From: Mobula hypostoma
Lineage: Eukaryota
Direction: 5' to 3'
DNA length: 64,000 nucleotides
Assembly: GCF_963921235.1 (NCBI RefSeq)
Contig: NC_086097.1
Coordinates: 124,808,001 to 124,872,000 of the forward strand
A model generated the notes under the pieces. That model worked only from the letters and a program-made list of their open reading frames with translations. It was not told the origin of the DNA and did no database searches. Within the stretch, counting starts at the first letter, position 1. Each line of letters opens with the position of its first letter. This document shows, one piece after another, positions 28,136 through 40,986 of the stretch. The translations under genes were made by a program, and so were the position numbers.

Positions 28136-29132
28136 CTGGTACTACTGAAGCTCCTGTGAGGTCCACTGTTAATATGGGTTTTCCTGCTGAGTGTAACCTT
28201 GGAAGGTTTGCTATAATTCGGTTCCTCAGGGAGTAATCCCAGTCCTCAGCTGTCTTCCACACACGAGAGGAGTATCTGGATAACAATGAGTTTAACCTTT
28301 TGGTATAAACAGCAAAGCCGAAGCTCAAAGTTCAATGCTTCACAACTCTGGAGGTAGAAAGTCTGAAAGGTCGAAGACTAAAGTTGGTGAGTCCAGAGGT
28401 AGAGGGCCAAAGGCCAAGTCTGCGAGTCCGGGCCAGAGGCTGGAAGTTAGAGGCCTGAGCCAAAGTCAGGAGGTCCGAAGACTTGTCCTGGAGTTTAGGA
28501 GCCTGTTTGTGTGTGGGAACGGGGGTTGTTTTGCTGTTGCAGTCTTGTTTTCTTCTGTTGCTGTTCTTTCTACTGCTTGAGTTGCTCTGGGTTGTGTTGC
28601 TTTAGTGCTGAACTTTGTGGGCATGCTATGTTGGCACTGGAATGTGTGGCAACACTTGCAGGCTGCCCCGGCACATCCTTGGGTGTGTTGGTTGTTCATG
28701 CAAATGACACATTTCACTGTATGTTTCAATGTGATAAATAAATCTAAATCTAAATCTGAGTCACTTTCTTTTGCTATATTATGGATGCCTGTGCAAAATA
28801 TTTTACTGCACTTTTCTAATTTTTTCCTCCTGAAGGGAGCGACTAATTTTGGAGCACATCTCCTCTGCCGGTGGCCACATTTATCTAAGAGCATGCTCTT
28901 CATTAAGAGTCAGAATAAAATTGCGTTGTCCACCATTTTAAAACTGTGAGTATTTTAGCTACATCTACAAACGTTTGTACATTATCCTGTTCTTTCCAAA
29001 CGTCAATAAATGTGCAATTTGAGAAGCACTTCGTAATCAACAGCAGCAGACCAAGATGGTTTTCCCCCTCCAGGAATGTAAACATCAACTGCATTGTCTG
29101 TCCTGGCTGAAATAAACTAACTCAGCATAGAT

Positions 29133-31100
29133 TCATGGACACCCCGCTCTGGTCTTCTGCCTGCTCTGGATCTCTTTATTGCCAGCTGCCTACGGGACAT
29201 CAACCGTCTCGACTTCACCGCACCTTGTCCCCATTCCAACCTCACTCCTTCGGAACGCTCTGCTCTCCACTCCCTCCGCACTAATCCTAACATTATTATT
29301 AAACCCGCTGATAAAGGGGGTGCTGTTGTAGTCTGGCGTACTGACCTCTACCTTGCCGAGGCACAGCGACAACTCGCGGATACCTCCTCTTATTTACCCC
29401 TCGATCGTGACCCCACTAAGGAGCACCAGGCCATTGTCTCCCACACTATCAACGACTTTATCCGCTCAGGGGATCTCCCATCCACTGCTACCAACGTTAT
29501 AGTTCCCACACCCCACACTTCCCGTTTCTACCTCCTACCCAAGATCCACAAACCTGCCTGTCCTGGCCGACCTATTGTCTCAGCTTGCTCCTGCCCCACC
29601 GAACTCGTTTCTGCATACCTCGACACTGTTTTATCACCCCTTGTTCAATCCCTTCCGACCTATGTTCGTGACACTTCTCACGCTCTTAAACTTTTCGATG
29701 ATTTTAAGTTCCCTGGCCCCCACCGCTTTATTTTCACCTTGGATGTCCAGTCCCTATATACTTCCATCCCCCATCAGGAAGGTCTCAAAGCTCTACGCTT
29801 CTTTTTGGATTCCAGACCTAATCAGTTCCCCTCTACCACCACTCTGCTCCGTCTAGCAGAATTAGTCCTTACTCTTAATAATTTCTCCTTTTGCTCCTCC
29901 CATTTCCTCCAAACTAAAGGTGTAGCTATGGGCACCCGTATGGGTCCTAGCTATGCCTGCCTTTTTGTTGGGTTTGTGGAACAATCTATGTTCCGTGCCT
30001 ATTCTGGTATCTGTCCCCCACTTTTCCTTCGCTACATCGACGACTGCATTGGCGCTGCTTCCTGCACGCATGCAGAACTCGTTGACTTTATTAACTTTGC
30101 CTCCAACTTTCACCCTGCCCTCAAGTTTACCTGGTCCATTTCCGACACCTCCCTCCCCTTTCTAGATCTTTCTGTCTCTGTCTCTGGAGACAGCTTATCC
30201 ACTGATGTCTACTATAAGCCTACTGACTCTCACAGCTATCTGGACTATTCCTCTTCTCACCCTGTCTCTTGCAAAAACGCCATCCCCTTCTCGCAATTCC
30301 TCCGTCTCCGCCGCATCTGCTCTCAGGATGAGGCTTTTCATTCTAGGACGAGGGAGATGTCTTCATTTTTTAAAGAAAGGGGCTTCCCTTCCTCCACTAT
30401 CAACTCTGCTCTTAAACGCATCTCCCCCATTTCACGTACATCTGCTCTCACTCCATCCTCCCACCACCCCACTAGGAATAGGGTTCCCCTGGTCCTCACC
30501 TACCACCCCACCAGCCTCCGGGTCCAACATATTATTTTCCGTAACTTCCGCCACCTCCAACGGGATCCCACCACTAAGCATATCTTTCCCTCCCCCCCTC
30601 TCTCTGCATTCCGCAGGGATCGCTCCCTACACAACTCCCTTGTCCATTCGTCCCCCCCATCCCTCCCCACTGATCTCCCTGCTGGCACTTATCCGTGTAA
30701 GCGGAACAAGTGCTACACATGCCCTTACACTTCCTCCCTTACCACCATTCAGGGCCCGAAACAGTCCTTCCAGGTGAGGCATCACTTCACCTGTGAGTCG
30801 ACTGGGGTGATATACTGCGTCCGGTGCTCCCGATGTGGCCTTTTATATATTGGTGAGACCCGACGCAGACTGGGAGACCGCTTTGCTGAACATCTACGCT
30901 CTGTCCGCCAGAGAAAGGAGGATCTCCCAGTGGCCACACATTTTAATTCCACATCCCATTCCCATTCTGACATGTCTATCCACGGCCTCCTCTACTGTAA
31001 AGAATAAGCCACACTCAGGTTGGAGGAACAACACCTTATATTCCGTATGGGTAGCCTCCAACCTGATGGCATGAACATTGACTTCTCTAACTTCCGCTAG
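29133..31100 (+). pseudogene. Penelope-like RT/GIY-YIG polyprotein lacking its N-terminus, with one late nonsense codon
   Basis: The frame of ORF 29739-31007 extends upstream without stops (SWTP..., IKPADKGGAVVV, FYLLPKIHK, GRPIVS). RT motifs DVQSLYTSI, GVAMGTRMGP and RYIDD. Endonuclease motif VIYCVRCSRCGLLYIGET..RF.EH. A TAA at 31005-31007 interrupts a frame that continues ATLRLEEQHLIFRMGSLQPDGMNIDFSNFR to TAG at 31098-31100. Confidence 0.9.
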
Positions 31101-31513
31101 GCCCCACCTCCCCCTCGTACCCCATCTGTTACTCTTTTTTATGCACACATTCTTTCTCTCACTCTCCTTTTTCTCCCTCTGTCCCTCTGAATATACCTCT
31201 TGCCCATCCTCTGGGTCACCCCCCCCCGTCTACCTCCTGTCCCATGATCCTCTCGTATCCCCTTCTGCCTATCACCTGTCCAGCTCTCGGCTCCATCCCT
31301 CCCCCTCCTGTCTTCTCCTATCATTTTGCATCTCCCCCTCCCCCTCCCACTTTCAAATCCCTTACTCACTCTTCCTTCAGTTAGTCCTGACGAAGGGTCT
31401 CGGCCTGAAACGTCGACTGCGCCTCTTCCTATAGATGCTGCCTGGCCTGCTGCGTTCACCAGCAACTTTTATGTGTGTTGCTTGAATTTCCAGCATCTGC
31501 AGAATTCCTGTTG
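29134..31513 (+). mobile_element. Penelope-like retroelement (GIY-YIG endonuclease type), 5'-truncated, young
   Basis: Flanked by the exact direct repeat TCAGCATAGATT (29122-29133 and 31514-31525). Contains an RT + GIY-YIG frame, a pyrimidine-rich 3' UTR and a hammerhead motif. Confidence 0.93.
31383..31418 (+). ncRNA. Minimal type I hammerhead ribozyme motif in the Penelope-like 3' end
   Basis: AGTC-CTGACGA-AGGGTCTCGGCCT-GAAAC-GTC-GACT: stem I AGTC/GACT, CUGANGA and GAAA core boxes, short stem II, GUC cleavage triplet, palindromic ACGU in place of a closed stem III. Confidence 0.8.
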
Positions 31514-32269
31514 TCAGCATAGATTATATTGAATTGGTTGATTTATAATAATAGATATACAGTATAGCTGATGGTAGAATTCACAAGTGCCAAGAATCAT
31601 TTTCACCAAAAGTAAAAGTTTACATGGACAAATGGATCCTGCATGCAGTACATTCAGATTTATTTATTACATGGACGTCGAAACATACAGTGAAATGCAT
31701 CACTTGTATGAACAACCAGAACACTCAAGGGTGGGGGCAGCCTGCAAGTGTCGCCACGCATTCCGGCACCAACATAGCACGCCCACCACGTTTAACACAA
31801 CGCAGAATGATACAAGCAGCAGCAACAGAACAGAACAAGGCAGCAACAGCAAACCCATTCCAACCTTGCCAACAGCTCTGGTCTCCCCGAACCACCCCCC
31901 AACCCCCATCACACATACAGACAGACCTCCAGGACTCCAGTGGCACTGGCAATTCCTGATTTTACCTATTACCCCTTCCTTGCTGCACTTGAAAGGTAAT
32001 GTGTTGTCAAGGCACTATGCGAGTTCAGTAGATCCATGTTCTAGTTTTAAATGTGTATAAAAGCTAAAAATTTTTTCCCCACTGTGCAAGTTTAACAACA
32101 TAGAGCATAGAACATAGAATAGTACAGCACAGTACAGGCCCTTCGGCCCACAATGTTGTGCCGACCCTCAAACCCTGCCTCCCATTGGTACATTGGTACA
32201 TAGCTAGCCACCTGATATGGGTGAGTATAAAATGTATTTTGGAGAAGATGCAGAATAAAAGATACATGT

Positions 32270-32745
32270 ACAGTAGTGAGTAAGACCATAAGAGAGAGGA
32301 GCAGAATTAAGCCATTCGGTCCATTGAGTCTGCTCTGCCATTCGACCATAGCTGCTTTATTATCCCTCTCAACCCTATTCTCCTGGCTTCTCCTGGTAAC
32401 CATTGATGTCTTTACTCATCAGAAACCTATCAACCTCTGCTTTAAATATACCCAGTGACTTGGCCTCCATGGCCATTTGTGGTAATAAATTTCACTGATT
32501 CACTATTCTCTGGCTAGAGAAATTTCTCTTCATTTCTGTTCTAGACTCCCCCACTTTTGAAAACATTCTCTCCACATCCGGTCTATCTAGGCTTTTCAAT
32601 ATCCGATAGGTTTTGATGAGAGCCTCTCTCATTCTCCTGAGCTCCAGTGAGTACAGGCCCAGGGCCATCAATGCTCCTCATACATTAACTCTTTCATGCC
32701 CAGAATCATTCTCGTGAAACTCCTCTGGACCCTCTCCAATGCTGA
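32270..32745 (-). mobile_element. CR1 LINE 3' end
   Basis: Reverse complement of the CR1 tail (TAAGACCATAAG...GAGCAGAATTAAGCCATTCGG) and the adjoining ORF2 end. Confidence 0.8.
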
Positions 32746-33289
32746 TTGCCCACCTTTTTGCTGTATCTGCTCTCTTTTTTTCACCCAGTAAATGTTCTTT
32801 AGATTTTTATTTCCTTTATTCTCTTTCAATTGGACTTCTGATCAAATTCTGGCTTCGATCATTGCTCAGTCATTGCCTGGGTGTTGTAAAGTCCAGGGTA
32901 TGTTGCTGTTATATTCTTTAGCTCCTATATCTGCAGGTCCTTTCTCTTCGAGGCCTCGGCTTGAAGTCTTGTGGGGCAAGGCCTGATGGCTGGTGCTCCA
33001 AGTCTGCAAATCTCTGTGAGTCTACTGAGAAGTCGGGGCCCAGTGTCTATGAATCCACGAGGCAATTAGAGGCCGAAGAAGACAGCCTGTCATGGAGTAT
33101 GTGTATGTGCAGGTGGGTGTATGGGAGCGAGGAATGGGACTTGTTTTACTGCTGTTGGTTGGTATGTTGTGTTCTGTGGACATGCTATGTTGGCACTAGA
33201 ATGTGTGGCGACACTTGCAAACTGCCCCCAGCACATCCTTGGTTGATTATACAAAAGATATACACTATTTCATTGTATGTTTCAATTTT

Positions 33290-33485
33290 CCATTTCCTTC
33301 TGCACCTCATTCAGCACATCGGAAGGCAACTCTGCCATTTCTTTAGCGTTTGTCTGTTTTAAGAGGCCAAGTTGCTAGCTTGACACTCAACCCAGCACAG
33401 GGGGAACTTGAGCAAGGAGCCAGCTGGTTTCGAACCCAGGACCTCTCACCCCAAAGTCCGGTGGGGTTGCCACTATGCCACCGGC
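33290..33485 (-). mobile_element. Second tRNA-derived SINE family (no V domain)
   Basis: The minus strand starts GCCGGTGGCATAGTGG (A box) and has GGTTCGAAACC (B box, 33436-33426). It interrupts the tail of another repeat. Confidence 0.7.
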
Positions 33486-34168
33486 ACAGACATATTTCAA
33501 TGTACATGTGATAAATAAATCTGAATCTGAATTCAAATGAATCCCATCTCAGTGGTTTGACAGAGAAGCCAACATTCTTTTTGCAGGTGCTATTTATATT
33601 CTGGATTGTCAAAGTTGCTCCTGTCGTTGGGAATCATCTAATTGGCTGTTGTCTGGTTGGCTGCAAAGTATTGACTAAGTAATTTTTGATTTGCATGTTT
33701 TTTAAGTCCTTTGAAGGACTCCACAATGCATATTCTCAGTATTATTCTTTTTATTACAGTATTTGCAAGATTTGTCTTCTTTTGCACAATAGCTGTCAAT
33801 ACTTATTTTTCTACAGCACGTTTCTATTGCCATTGCCAGATAAAGTGGTGGACAGTTCAGTGATCGATTGGCTCCTGTTATGGTGCTGGTTACGCAGACT
33901 TTCTTGTTATCACTCGGTCAGATACTGATGTAATCCAACAAAAGTGAAACAAGCCTTGTTCCCCCCCCCCTACACACCCACCCAACCGCAATATATGCAG
34001 TCCTCAAACCCCCAAGAGAGGACATCTATGGCCTACAGCCACCAATGGACTCATGGATTCAGACACTGGGCTTAAACTTTCCCATTGTACCTAGCAGAGA
34101 CTCACATGCAGAGGGCTCTGACCATTGGGCTTCAATCGACCTTCGGGCTTATATTTGGACCTCCAATT

Positions 34169-34389
34169 GACATTGATGTATCAGAACCTCTGATTCATCT
34201 TTGGACATCTATCAGAACCTTCGATTGACCTCTGGACATCTATCAGAACTTCCGATTGACCTTTGGATATCTATCAGAACCTCCGATTGACCTTTGGACA
34301 TCTATCAGAACCTCCGATTGACCTTTGGACATCTATCAGAACCTCCGATTGACCTTTGGACATCTATCAGAACCTCTGATCGACCTTTG
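34169..34389. repeat. 31-bp minisatellite, 6-7 copies
   Basis: Head-to-tail unit GACCTTTGGACATCTATCAGAACCTCCGATT starting at 34227, 34258, 34289, 34320 and 34351, with degenerate flanking copies. Confidence 0.95.
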
Positions 34390-34879
34390 TGCTTCGATCT
34401 GGACTTCCGATCAACATTCTAGCTTCGGTCATTACTCAGTCATTGCCTGGGTGTTGTAAGTAACTCTTGTACTTGTCTTTCTGACAAACAGAGTCCTTGT
34501 GTTGACTAAAGCCTGTATATTACCCATTTCTCTGAAGGAGCACACCATTAAGGCTGCCCTGCTCCTTCACTGTCAACCATACCTTTTCTAGTTGTTTTTG
34601 TCCTTTGCAAATTTGAAATGCCCTAAACATAACCAATTCAGAAACACATTAATAGTGATCAACATCAGATAGAGGAAGTACAATCATGGCAACCACAGAA
34701 GAGTCTCCCTGTCATCTGCCACGAGGAAAGTTATTACAAGAATCCTCCTCAAATGCCTGCCTGCTCCTAGTGGCCAAAGAAATTATACCAAGGGACAATT
34801 TGCATTCTGTCCATCATGAGGCACAATGTATACAACATCCAAACAAAAAAGGCAGCAGATTCAACAATGAATCTGAACA

Positions 34880-35627
34880 ATGAATCCCCTCAGCATCAGC
34901 GGCTCCACAGTGGAGAGAGTGGAAAACATCAAGTTCCTTGGGGTGCAGATCTCGGACAATCTCACCTGGTCCAGGAACACCACTGGGATTGTGAAATGGG
35001 CCCACCAGAGATTGCACTTTCTGAGGAAGCTTAAACAAGCATCACTCCCCACTAACATCTTAACTACATTCTACAGAGGCGTGGTTGAGAGTGAGCTGAC
35101 CTTTAGCATCACAACCTGGTACTCCAGCTGCAGTGCTGTCGACAAAAAAGCCTTGCAGAGGGTGGTTAGGGGAGCAGAGAAGGTTATTGGGGTCTCCCTA
35201 CCTTCTGTCCAAGATCTCTTTCAGAGTCGATGCCTCCAGAAGATACGGTACATCATTAAAGACCCCTCACACCCTCTCCATGAAATGTTTGTTCTTCTGC
35301 TATCAGGCAAACGTTACAGGAGTATCAAAGCTAAAACCACAAGGCTACTAAACAGCTCCCTCCCACAGGCAGTCAGACAGCTAACTAGCTGCTCTACCTG
35401 ACTCTGCTTTGGACACTTTTAACTTGCACTGGACACTTACAACTTGACTTTAACTGACATGTGGCTATTGTGTTTTACTATTTATTGTTATGTTTATTAT
35501 TTAGTGTTGCGTTTGTTACATTATGATTGCACTGCTCCTGGGAAACGCTGTCTCATTCTGCCCTGCAGAGCTGATGTACGGTTAGAATGACAATAAAGTT
35601 TTTTGAATCTTGAATCTTGAATCTTGA
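34880..35627 (+). mobile_element. Rex1/Babar-like non-LTR retrotransposon, young 3' fragment
   Basis: Open 173-aa frame VERVENIKFLGVQISDNLTW...QRLHFLRKLK...FYRGVVES (post-RT C-terminus). AATAAA at 35592 and a (TTGAATC)n tail. Confidence 0.85.
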
Positions 35628-35697
35628 TCTCAGTAAGATCTTCACTCTATTAAATCCAAAGTAACTTTATTATAGACCTCATAGAAACATTTATTAT

Positions 35698-36093
35698 AGA
35701 CCTCATAGAAACATTTCGAATGTTAAAAGGCATGGACAGAGTGGATGTGGCAAAGTTGTTTCCCATGAGGGGGGAGTCTAGTACGAGAGGGCATGACTTA
35801 AGGATTGAAGGGCGCCCTTTCAGAACAGAAATGCGAAGAAATTTTTTTAGTCAGAGGGTGGTGAATCTATGGAATTTGTTGCCACGGGCAGCAGTGGAGG
35901 CCAAGTCATTGGGTGTCTTTAAGGCAGAGATTGATAGGTATCTGAGTAGCCAGGGCATCAAAGGTTATGGTGAGAAGGTAGGGGAGTGGGACTAAATAGG
36001 AGACAATGGATCAGTTCATGATAAAAATGGCGGAGCAGACTCAATGGGCCGAATGGCCTAGTTCTGCTCCTTTGTCTTATGGTCTTATGGTCT
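35698..36093 (+). mobile_element. CR1 LINE 3' end, young
   Basis: Peptide LKGMDRVDVAKLFPM..S.TRGHDLRI...RRNFFSQRVVNLWN.LP; (TTATGGTC)n tail; TTATTAT on both flanks. Confidence 0.9.
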
Positions 36094-36104
36094 TATTATC
36101 AAAT

Positions 36105-36400
36105 TAGGTATACACTTTGTGTCCATTTTATTAGATACCTCCTGAGTGTATCTTCATGGTCTTCTGTAGCTCTCAACCTTCCACTTCAAGGTCTAACGTA
36201 CTGTGCATTCACAGATGCTCTTCTGCACACCACTGTTGTACCACACGGTTATTTGAGTTACTGTCTCCTTCTTGTCATCTTGAATCAGTCTGATCAATCT
36301 CCTCTGACCTCTCTCATTTACAAGGTGTTTTCACCCACTGGATGTTTTTTTGACTTTCACACCCTTCTCTTTAATCTCTGGAGATTGTTGTCTATGAAAA
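36105..36400 (-). mobile_element. Tc1-derived element, partial and degraded
   Basis: Similar to the 59964-60441 copy (CACTTTGTGTCCATTTTATTAGATAC..., GCACACCACTGTTG, ATTTGAGTTACTGTC). Confidence 0.6.
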
Positions 36401-36404
36401 CTTT

Positions 36405-37190
36405 ATTACCTTGAGTTTCATTTTCCTGGAGGCATTTGCAGAAAAATAAAGAAATACAACAGAATTTGTGAAAACTATACATAAACAAAGATTGACAAAC
36501 AACTAATGTGAAAAAGAAAACAAACTGTGAAAATATGAAAAGCAATATTGAGAATACAAATGGTCGAGTCCTGGAAAGTGAGTCTGTGGAATCAGTGCAG
36601 CGCTGAGGTGAGTGAAGTTATCCAAGTGATTCAGGATCCTGATGGTTGAAGGATAATAACTGTTCCTGAACCTGGTGGTGTTGGATCTAAGGCTCCTTTA
36701 CCTTCTGCCCGGTGGTGGCTGCAAGAAAAGAGCATGGCCTGGATAGTGGGGGTGATTGATGATGGATGCTGTTTTCTTGTAGCGGTGCTCCTTGTAGATG
36801 TGCTCAATGGTGGGGAGGGCTTTGCTTGTGATGGGCTGGGCTGTGTTCACAACTTTTTGTAGGCTTTTCCATTTATGAACATTGGTGTTTCCATACCAGA
36901 TCGTGATGCAACCAGTCAGGAATCTCTGCATTGTGTAGCTATAGAAGTTTGTTAAAGTTTTAGAAGACATGCCGAATCTACGCAAACTTTTAAGAAAGTA
37001 GAGGTGCTGTTGTGTCTTCTTTGTGACGGCACTCCTGTACTGATCTCAGGACAGATCCTCTGGAATGATAATGCCAAGGAATTTGAAGGTACTGACCCTC
37101 ACCACCTCCGATCCCTAATGAGGACTGGCTTATTGACCTCCAGCTTTTTCCTCTTGCAGTCAATAATCAACTCTTAGGTTTTGCTCAACC
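36405..37190 (-). mobile_element. Rex1/Babar-like LINE 3' fragment
   Basis: Peptide RRFGMSSKTLTNFY...LTGCITIWYGN...LQKVVNTAQ...GRR, plus the family 3' UTR. Confidence 0.8.
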
Positions 37191-37781
37191 AGATTTTCAA
37201 TCTCCCACCTAAGTATATGCCAATGTTTGACCCTTGTGTGTTGTGAATGTTAATCACCACTATCGGGTCAAAGTCGAACATTGTATAGATCTTGCTGCAA
37301 GCGATCACAAGCAACTTAATTATCTGCAGAGATGTATATTGAATGAAACTGTGTGATTATCAACAAATATCCACAATCTCTGACCTTATGATAGATGAAG
37401 GTTTATTGAAGGAGCAGCTGAAAAACCTTCGGATCCAGGACACTAATTGATATCCCAGAACAGAAGTGATCAGCTAGCAATAATCACAAACATCTTGCTT
37501 GCTTTTGGGTATGACTCCAGTGAGTGGAGATATTTCACCTGGAATTTATTGATCTCAATTTTACAAAACTTCCTCCGTACTTCTTTGACAGTAAGCAAGG
37601 TTATTCTCCTTACTTCAAGATAACTTCTTTTCCATTGAACATAGAACACTACTGGACAATCCACCACAATTTTTTTTAAATAAAGCACCTTTAGTCTAAA
37701 AGACATCCACAAATACTTCTTAGACGTTTTGGAACCAGGCTGCCAATTCAAAACAATTGAGTCCAAAAGCTTAGTCAAAGA

Positions 37782-39097
<1,316 letters not shown>

Positions 39098-39299
39098 GTA
39101 CTCACGAAGAGGCATCACATATAAGACACATCTTACAGACATTACAAATGTGCATCTTGCCCCATATAACAGTAAGTTAATTTGTCTCCTACTATTGATG
39201 TTTTCCCCTGTTAGAAATTAGCTGAGGTGGAAGGCTACAGCTATCACTGTAATGTCCCAGTTATATCATTACGGTTAATTTAATAAAGCTATGTTTCAA

Positions 39300-39635
39300 A
39301 GATATTTTATAGGATGATAGGAGGCATAGATTGAATGGATGCCAGAGACTTCTTCCCAGGGCAGAAATGACTAATACAAGGGGGCATAATTTGAAGGTGG
39401 TTGGAGAAAAGTACAGGGGGGATGTCAGAGGTAGGTGCAAGGAATACCTAGTCAGGGGTGGTGATAGAGGCAGATACATTAGGGACATTTAAGAAACTCT
39501 CTGATGGGCACATGGAAAATCAAGGGTAATGTAGGAGAGCAGGATTAGATTGATCTTAGAGCAGGTTAAAAAGCTGGCATAACATCATGGGTCAAAGGGC
39601 CTGTACTGTGCTTTAATATTCCATGTTCTACGTTC
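39300..39635 (+). mobile_element. CR1 LINE 3' end, degraded
   Basis: ACTAATACAAGGGGGCATAAT...GGTCAAAGGGCCTGTACTGTGCT tail. Confidence 0.75.
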
Positions 39636-40735
39636 ATAAAGAGAATTCGTGGAGGATCAGTGTAAATAGGCGCTTAGTGGTTGATACGGAGTCAGTGTGC
39701 AGACAGTCTGGTTTCATAGTTTCATGAGTCCTCCTGAAGGTTCTCAGCCCAAAATGTGGACTGTTTGTTCTTCTTCATTGATGCTGTCTGACCTACTGAG
39801 TTCCTCCAGCATTTTGTGGGTGTTGCTCTGGATTCCAGCATCTGCAGGAAATTTTGAATTTAAAATCTCCTCTTGCAGTGAGTAGATGCCATCTAAAATT
39901 CACTGCCTGAAAGGGTGGTGAGTAATTTCAATTGCCACTTTCCCAGGAGAATTACAGTAAATAGATGTTTGAAGGCATAGACATTGCAGGGAAAGAATTG
40001 GATAAAGGGAGTGAATATCGTGCTCCTCTAGAGAGCTAACATGGCATCAGTGGACAAATGGCTTACTTCTGTCTCATTCTATAATTCTACAAGTTTAAGA
40101 GATCTCCAAATCTGTATCACACTTCGCATCTACAAGTGTTTCCTAACTTCACTTTTTTTGTAGATTGGTTCATTGGTTGTATTTTGGTCGTTGTTTGCAT
40201 ATAGTTTTTCATAAATTCTATTGTATTTATTTCACTGTAAATGCTTGCAAGAAAATTAATCTCATGATGACAGATACATACTTTGATAATAAATTTACTG
40301 AGACTTTAATATTTCTTGCTCTACTGTTATTAGCTATATCTTCCTCAATTATAAATGCTGGTGGAAAACAATTATTCAACCTATCTGCTTTTTCCTTATT
40401 TCATTGCAACACTGATGTTACCATTTTTCAAAGAGCCACCATGGTCTTTCCCCTTTACATAATTGAAACCTGTTTCTATTCATACTCCTTATTTGAAGCT
40501 TTTGCAATTAGCTTTTCTCACTAAGCCTCACACTTGCTAAAATTTGTGCTTCCTTTTGGATTTACTGTACCATATTATAAAAATGAAGTTCATACTATTC
40601 CTGGTTTATTTTGTTTTCCAGAAATATTTTGGGATCTTGTGCTTTTATAACCTGGAGGACTCGGGTCTTCAACCTGTCACATCAGCTGCCTTTCTAAACT
40701 GAAGCACAATTGGCCAGTTCTGATGCAAGGTATCA

Positions 40736-40986
40736 GGGCAGCACAGTAGTGTAGAGGTTAGAGTAACACTATTATAGTGCCAGTGACCTGGGTTCATTCG
40801 CTGTCTCTGTCAGTAAGGATTGCCTGTTTTCCCCGTGACTGAGTGGGTTTCCTCCGGGTGCTCCGGTTTCCTCCCACATTCCAAAGAGTACAAGTAGGTA
40901 GATTGGTCACGTGTTTGTAATTGGGTGGCGTGGGCTCATTGGACTGGAAGGACCCCTTACCACACTGCATCTCTGAATAAAATAAA
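40736..40986 (+). mobile_element. tRNA-derived V-domain SINE
   Basis: Head GGCAGCACAGTAGTGTAG...GGGTTCATTC; V domain GTGGGTTTCCTCCGGGTGCTCCGGTTTCCTCCCACA; (AATAA)n tail. Confidence 0.85.

Noticed and set aside
29739..31007. Bacterial retron or defence RT, or an intact autonomous element
   Set aside because: RT + GIY-YIG with a TSD is Penelope-like. The listed start is an internal TTG, the 5' end is truncated and there is a premature stop.
34169..34389. CRISPR-like 31-bp repeats
   Set aside because: Head-to-tail with no spacers, no cas genes, and a eukaryotic context.
34880..35401. 173-aa ORF as a host gene
   Set aside because: It is a LINE ORF2 C-terminus followed by a retroposon tail, with related decayed copies elsewhere in the window.
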